Assembly: GCA_044224875.1 (NCBI GenBank)
Contig: JBGAJQ010000020.1
Location: forward strand, 1 to 62,028
DNA length: 62,028 nucleotides
Source of the DNA: Gemmatimonadaceae bacterium
Lineage (GTDB): Bacteria; Gemmatimonadota; Gemmatimonadetes; Gemmatimonadales; Gemmatimonadaceae
Direction: 5' to 3'
How positions within the stretch are numbered: the stretch's first letter is position 1; every line of letters starts with the position of its first letter. The notes below the pieces were generated by a model. That model had not been told where the DNA came from. It did no database searches and saw only the letters and a program-made list of their open reading frames with translations. This document shows, piece after piece, positions 59,724 to 62,028 of the stretch. Position numbers and translations under genes: made by a program.

Positions 59724-60370
59724 GCGCTGTCGGCGATCCGGAAGTCGCGGTCGATGACGATGTCCGCACGCTTGGCTTGCGGACTGATGAGGGCGTGCTC
59801 GATGGACAGGATGTCGTTCATCACCGGGGCATCGACATCGCGCGCGCGCACCCGCCGTCGCTCTGCCGTGTCCTCGTGTGTCGCGCAGAGGAAGATGCGC
59901 GCATCGAGGTCTGCCAGCTGCAACACATAGGTCCCCTCGACAACCAGCACGTCCGAGTCTTCAAAGTCGGTCACTTCCGTGTCGAAACGATTGCCCGGGT
60001 AGTCGACCCGTGGGAGTGGCACTTGACGCTCCCGCGCGCGGAAGGCCGCGATGTGTGAGGCCAGACGGCGCAGGTCCACCTCGTGCGGCCCCACGTGGGC
60101 CAGATCCAAGAGGCGGTACTCGTGGTTGGTTCGCGGCGGACGCAGGAAATAGTCGTCCTGATGCAGGACGGCCGGGTGGTAACCGGCCTCGCGTAAGGCA
60201 CTGACCAAGGCAAGCGCCGTGACGGACTTGCCACTCCCTGACTCGCCGGCGATGCCGATCACGGGACGCGCGCTTGGCGTGATTCCACGCGTTGCGGTGA
60301 GTCGCCGCAGGAGTGTACTGGCCAGGAGCGCGCTCGACGCGTAGACGTCACCGTTGACAGGCGGCATCAT
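59720..60370 (-). CDS. uridine kinase/PRK-like P-loop kinase
   Basis: IGIAGESGSGKS, HQDDYF.RPPRTNH, VVEGTY; coupled to the upstream hydrolase. Confidence 0.8.
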   Translation of the reverse strand: MMPPVNGDVYASSALLASTLLRRLTATRGITPSARPVIGIAGESGSGKSVTALALVSALREAGYHPAVLHQDDYFLRPPRTNHEYRLLDLAHVGPHEVDLRRLASHIAAFRARERQVPLPRVDYPGNRFDTEVTDFEDSDVLVVEGTYVLQLADLDARIFLCATHEDTAERRRVRARDVDAPVMNDILSIEHALISPQAKRADIVIDRDFRIADSA

Positions 60371-61512
60371 GCGGGCGAGAGGAGTCGTTGCGAACCCTCG
60401 GTGCCAGCGAGCTTCAGGAAGATCAGCCCCGTGGCGGAATACGCCATGCCGGTGGTTCCGCCAGGCTCACCCGTGACCCCATGAAGAAACTCCTCAAATG
60501 CGAAGTCCGGGTGGGCGTGCAGCGAGCGGGTCATGAGTCGGCGCAGCGTCGCCAACACGTCCAATCGACCATATTGGGCGGCCGCCAGCCCCAACCAGCC
60601 CAGCCAGATGGGCCAAATGCCGCCGTTGTGGTACTCGTGCGGGAGGTTTCGAAACGCGTGCAGGTGATACCGCCGCAGCGCGGGCCATTCCGGATGGTGC
60701 TCGTCGATCACGGGAAAGAAGGCGGGGGGCAAGGCGTCGTGCGCAAGGAAGTGCGCTTCGATCCATGAAATCGACAGCCTTCCAAGGGCGGGTGCAACTC
60801 CGGACACGCCGAGGAGCGCACAGGCGGCGAGGTCAAACGTGTTGCGGACGCCGAGCGGGGAGAAGGCCGCAATCGGGTGGGAGCGCTCGTCCTCGATAGG
60901 CGCGTAGCGCTCCGCAATCGATTGTGCAATTCGTTCACTCTTTGCCCCCCACTCGGCGTTCCCGTACGTGTCGGCCAACAACCGCAATCCCCAGGCTCGC
61001 AGGACCTGATCGTAGAGGATGTAGCCGTCGTAGATGTACTCATCCGCCCAGTTCCCGCCTGGCGGGATGTAGATCAAGTGGCGCCCATTGTATTCGAGCG
61101 CGGAGAGGAGGCGTACGACGCGCGTGACCGACTCCCGAAACGGCGAGGGATCCAGAACGTTCGCACGAGTCGCCAAGGCGACGCCCACGAGGTACCATGT
61201 AGCGGCGTCAATACGTGGGGCGAGCGTGCCGAAGGAGACGTGGGGCGGTTCTGCCCCGCGGAGCTCGAAGTTGGAGGCGATCTGGCCCTCCGGGCCTTGC
61301 AGCTCACGGAGTCGTTCCAGCGTGTGCACGAGGCCGTCGGAAATGACGCGATCGTTGAGGAGCAGTCCCGCGATGCCGGCCATGACCGCGTCGCGCGCAA
61401 AGATGGCCCGGTAGTTGGCAGTGCTGGACAACGACGCATGAATCCCTTCCGGCGCTGACAGCGATTGCAGCAGCAACACGGCCTTGGCGTCGAAGTCGGA
61501 GGGGAGGGTCAC
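60367..61512 (-). CDS. cytoplasmic GH100-like / six-hairpin glycoside hydrolase
   Basis: NY..IFARD, GQIASN, DAATWY, GNWADEY, YHNGGIWP, FEEFLHG.TG..G, AYSA; start set at GTG 61512. Confidence 0.7.
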   Translation of the reverse strand: MTLPSDFDAKAVLLLQSLSAPEGIHASLSSTANYRAIFARDAVMAGIAGLLLNDRVISDGLVHTLERLRELQGPEGQIASNFELRGAEPPHVSFGTLAPRIDAATWYLVGVALATRANVLDPSPFRESVTRVVRLLSALEYNGRHLIYIPPGGNWADEYIYDGYILYDQVLRAWGLRLLADTYGNAEWGAKSERIAQSIAERYAPIEDERSHPIAAFSPLGVRNTFDLAACALLGVSGVAPALGRLSISWIEAHFLAHDALPPAFFPVIDEHHPEWPALRRYHLHAFRNLPHEYHNGGIWPIWLGWLGLAAAQYGRLDVLATLRRLMTRSLHAHPDFAFEEFLHGVTGEPGGTTGMAYSATGLIFLKLAGTEGSQRLLSPA

Positions 61513-61585
61513 GAGGAAGTCCGGTGGAGGCGTGGTGAAGGCAGGGGCAGGATCACAGTTCGGACGGCAAGCGGAGGAACGACCG

Positions 61586-62028
61586 GTGGCAGCACTCACA
61601 GCGACGACGGCTTCGGCATCCACGGCGCCAGCTCGGCCTCACCTTTCGTTCTGGCAGATCGTCAACATGAATTTCGGGTTCTTCGGAATCCAGTACAGCT
61701 TTGGGCTGCAACAGAGCAACATGAGCCCAATCTACAAGTACCTGGGTGCGGATGAAGCGAGTCTGCCGCTGCTATGGCTCGCCGGCCCGATGACGGGCCT
61801 GATCGTTCAGCCGATCATTGGTGCGATGAGCGACCGCACGCTCAGTCCGCGCGGGCGCCGGACGCCCTACTTCCTGGTCGGTGCGGTCCTGTGTTCGTTG
61901 GCATTGCTCTTCATGCCCTTCAGCCGCGCACTGTGGATGGCGGCGGGCCTGCTCTGGATCCTCGATGCGGCAAACAACATCACCATGGAGCCCTATCGGG
62001 CGTTTGTCAGCGATCGACTGGATGCCAG
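61586..62028 (+). CDS. MFS sugar transporter (maltose/sucrose, SLC45-like); runs off the window end
   Basis: GGAGG then GTG 61586; hand translation LSFWQIVNMNFGFFGIQYSFGLQQ, LWLAGPMTGLIVQPIIGAMSDRT, GRRTPYFLVGA, LDAANNITMEPYRAFVSD. Confidence 0.9.
   Translation, partial: MAALTATTASASTAPARPHLSFWQIVNMNFGFFGIQYSFGLQQSNMSPIYKYLGADEASLPLLWLAGPMTGLIVQPIIGAMSDRTLSPRGRRTPYFLVGAVLCSLALLFMPFSRALWMAAGLLWILDAANNITMEPYRAFVSDRLDA

Larger units (their letters stand above)
1396..59725. repeat. dispersed over-represented octamer GCCTAACG/CGTTAGGC
   Basis: At least 23 exact copies and 12 one-flank variants counted by hand; positions are listed in the first finding. Confidence 0.8.

Noticed and set aside
1396..59725. 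Similarity of TTAGGC within the octamer to eukaryotic telomeric repeats
   Set aside because: The copies are single and dispersed, never tandem; the resemblance is coincidental.
1..62028. CRISPR arrays, tRNA/rRNA, IS elements, integrases, phage genes
   Set aside because: I saw no regularly spaced repeats, cloverleaf motifs, transposase or integrase motifs by eye; a covariance-model scan would be needed to exclude small ncRNAs.

Overview
A high-GC (about 65-67% by eye) bacterial chromosomal segment. The gene content suggests Gemmatimonadota or a related FCB-group lineage (inference: SusC/SusD pair, SprA-like translocon, Bacteroidota-type glutaminyl cyclase, lptFG-mlaED). In order it carries: a kdpE-kdpD-(small peptide)-kdpFABC potassium uptake locus whose kdpA has an internal deletion plus frameshift; a divergent hypothetical gene behind KdpE-type boxes; a frameshifted HAF/TSP3/DUF11 lipoprotein; a HlyD/ABC/TetR efflux operon; an amidohydrolase; pilB-pilT-pilC preceded by comEA (in frame with pilB, no stop), a glutaminyl cyclase-like lipoprotein and a 2025-aa SprA-like protein; lptF-lptG-mlaE-mlaD; a DEAD-box helicase/SSS/MaoC operon; and a roughly 23-kb LacI-associated carbohydrate locus (GH16, DUF1080, uncharacterised six-hairpin glycosidase, SusC/SusD, two large FG-GAP/ASPIC-UnbV lipoproteins flanking a vanadium haloperoxidase/PAP2 lipoprotein, SSS and MFS transporters, GH100-like hydrolase plus P-loop kinase). 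I recognised no rRNA, tRNA, CRISPR or mobile element. The most striking unexplained signal is the non-palindromic octamer GCCTAACG/CGTTAGGC: at least 23 exact copies by hand count, on both strands and in several reading frames, often forcing rare codons. All product calls come from motif recognition, not database searches.
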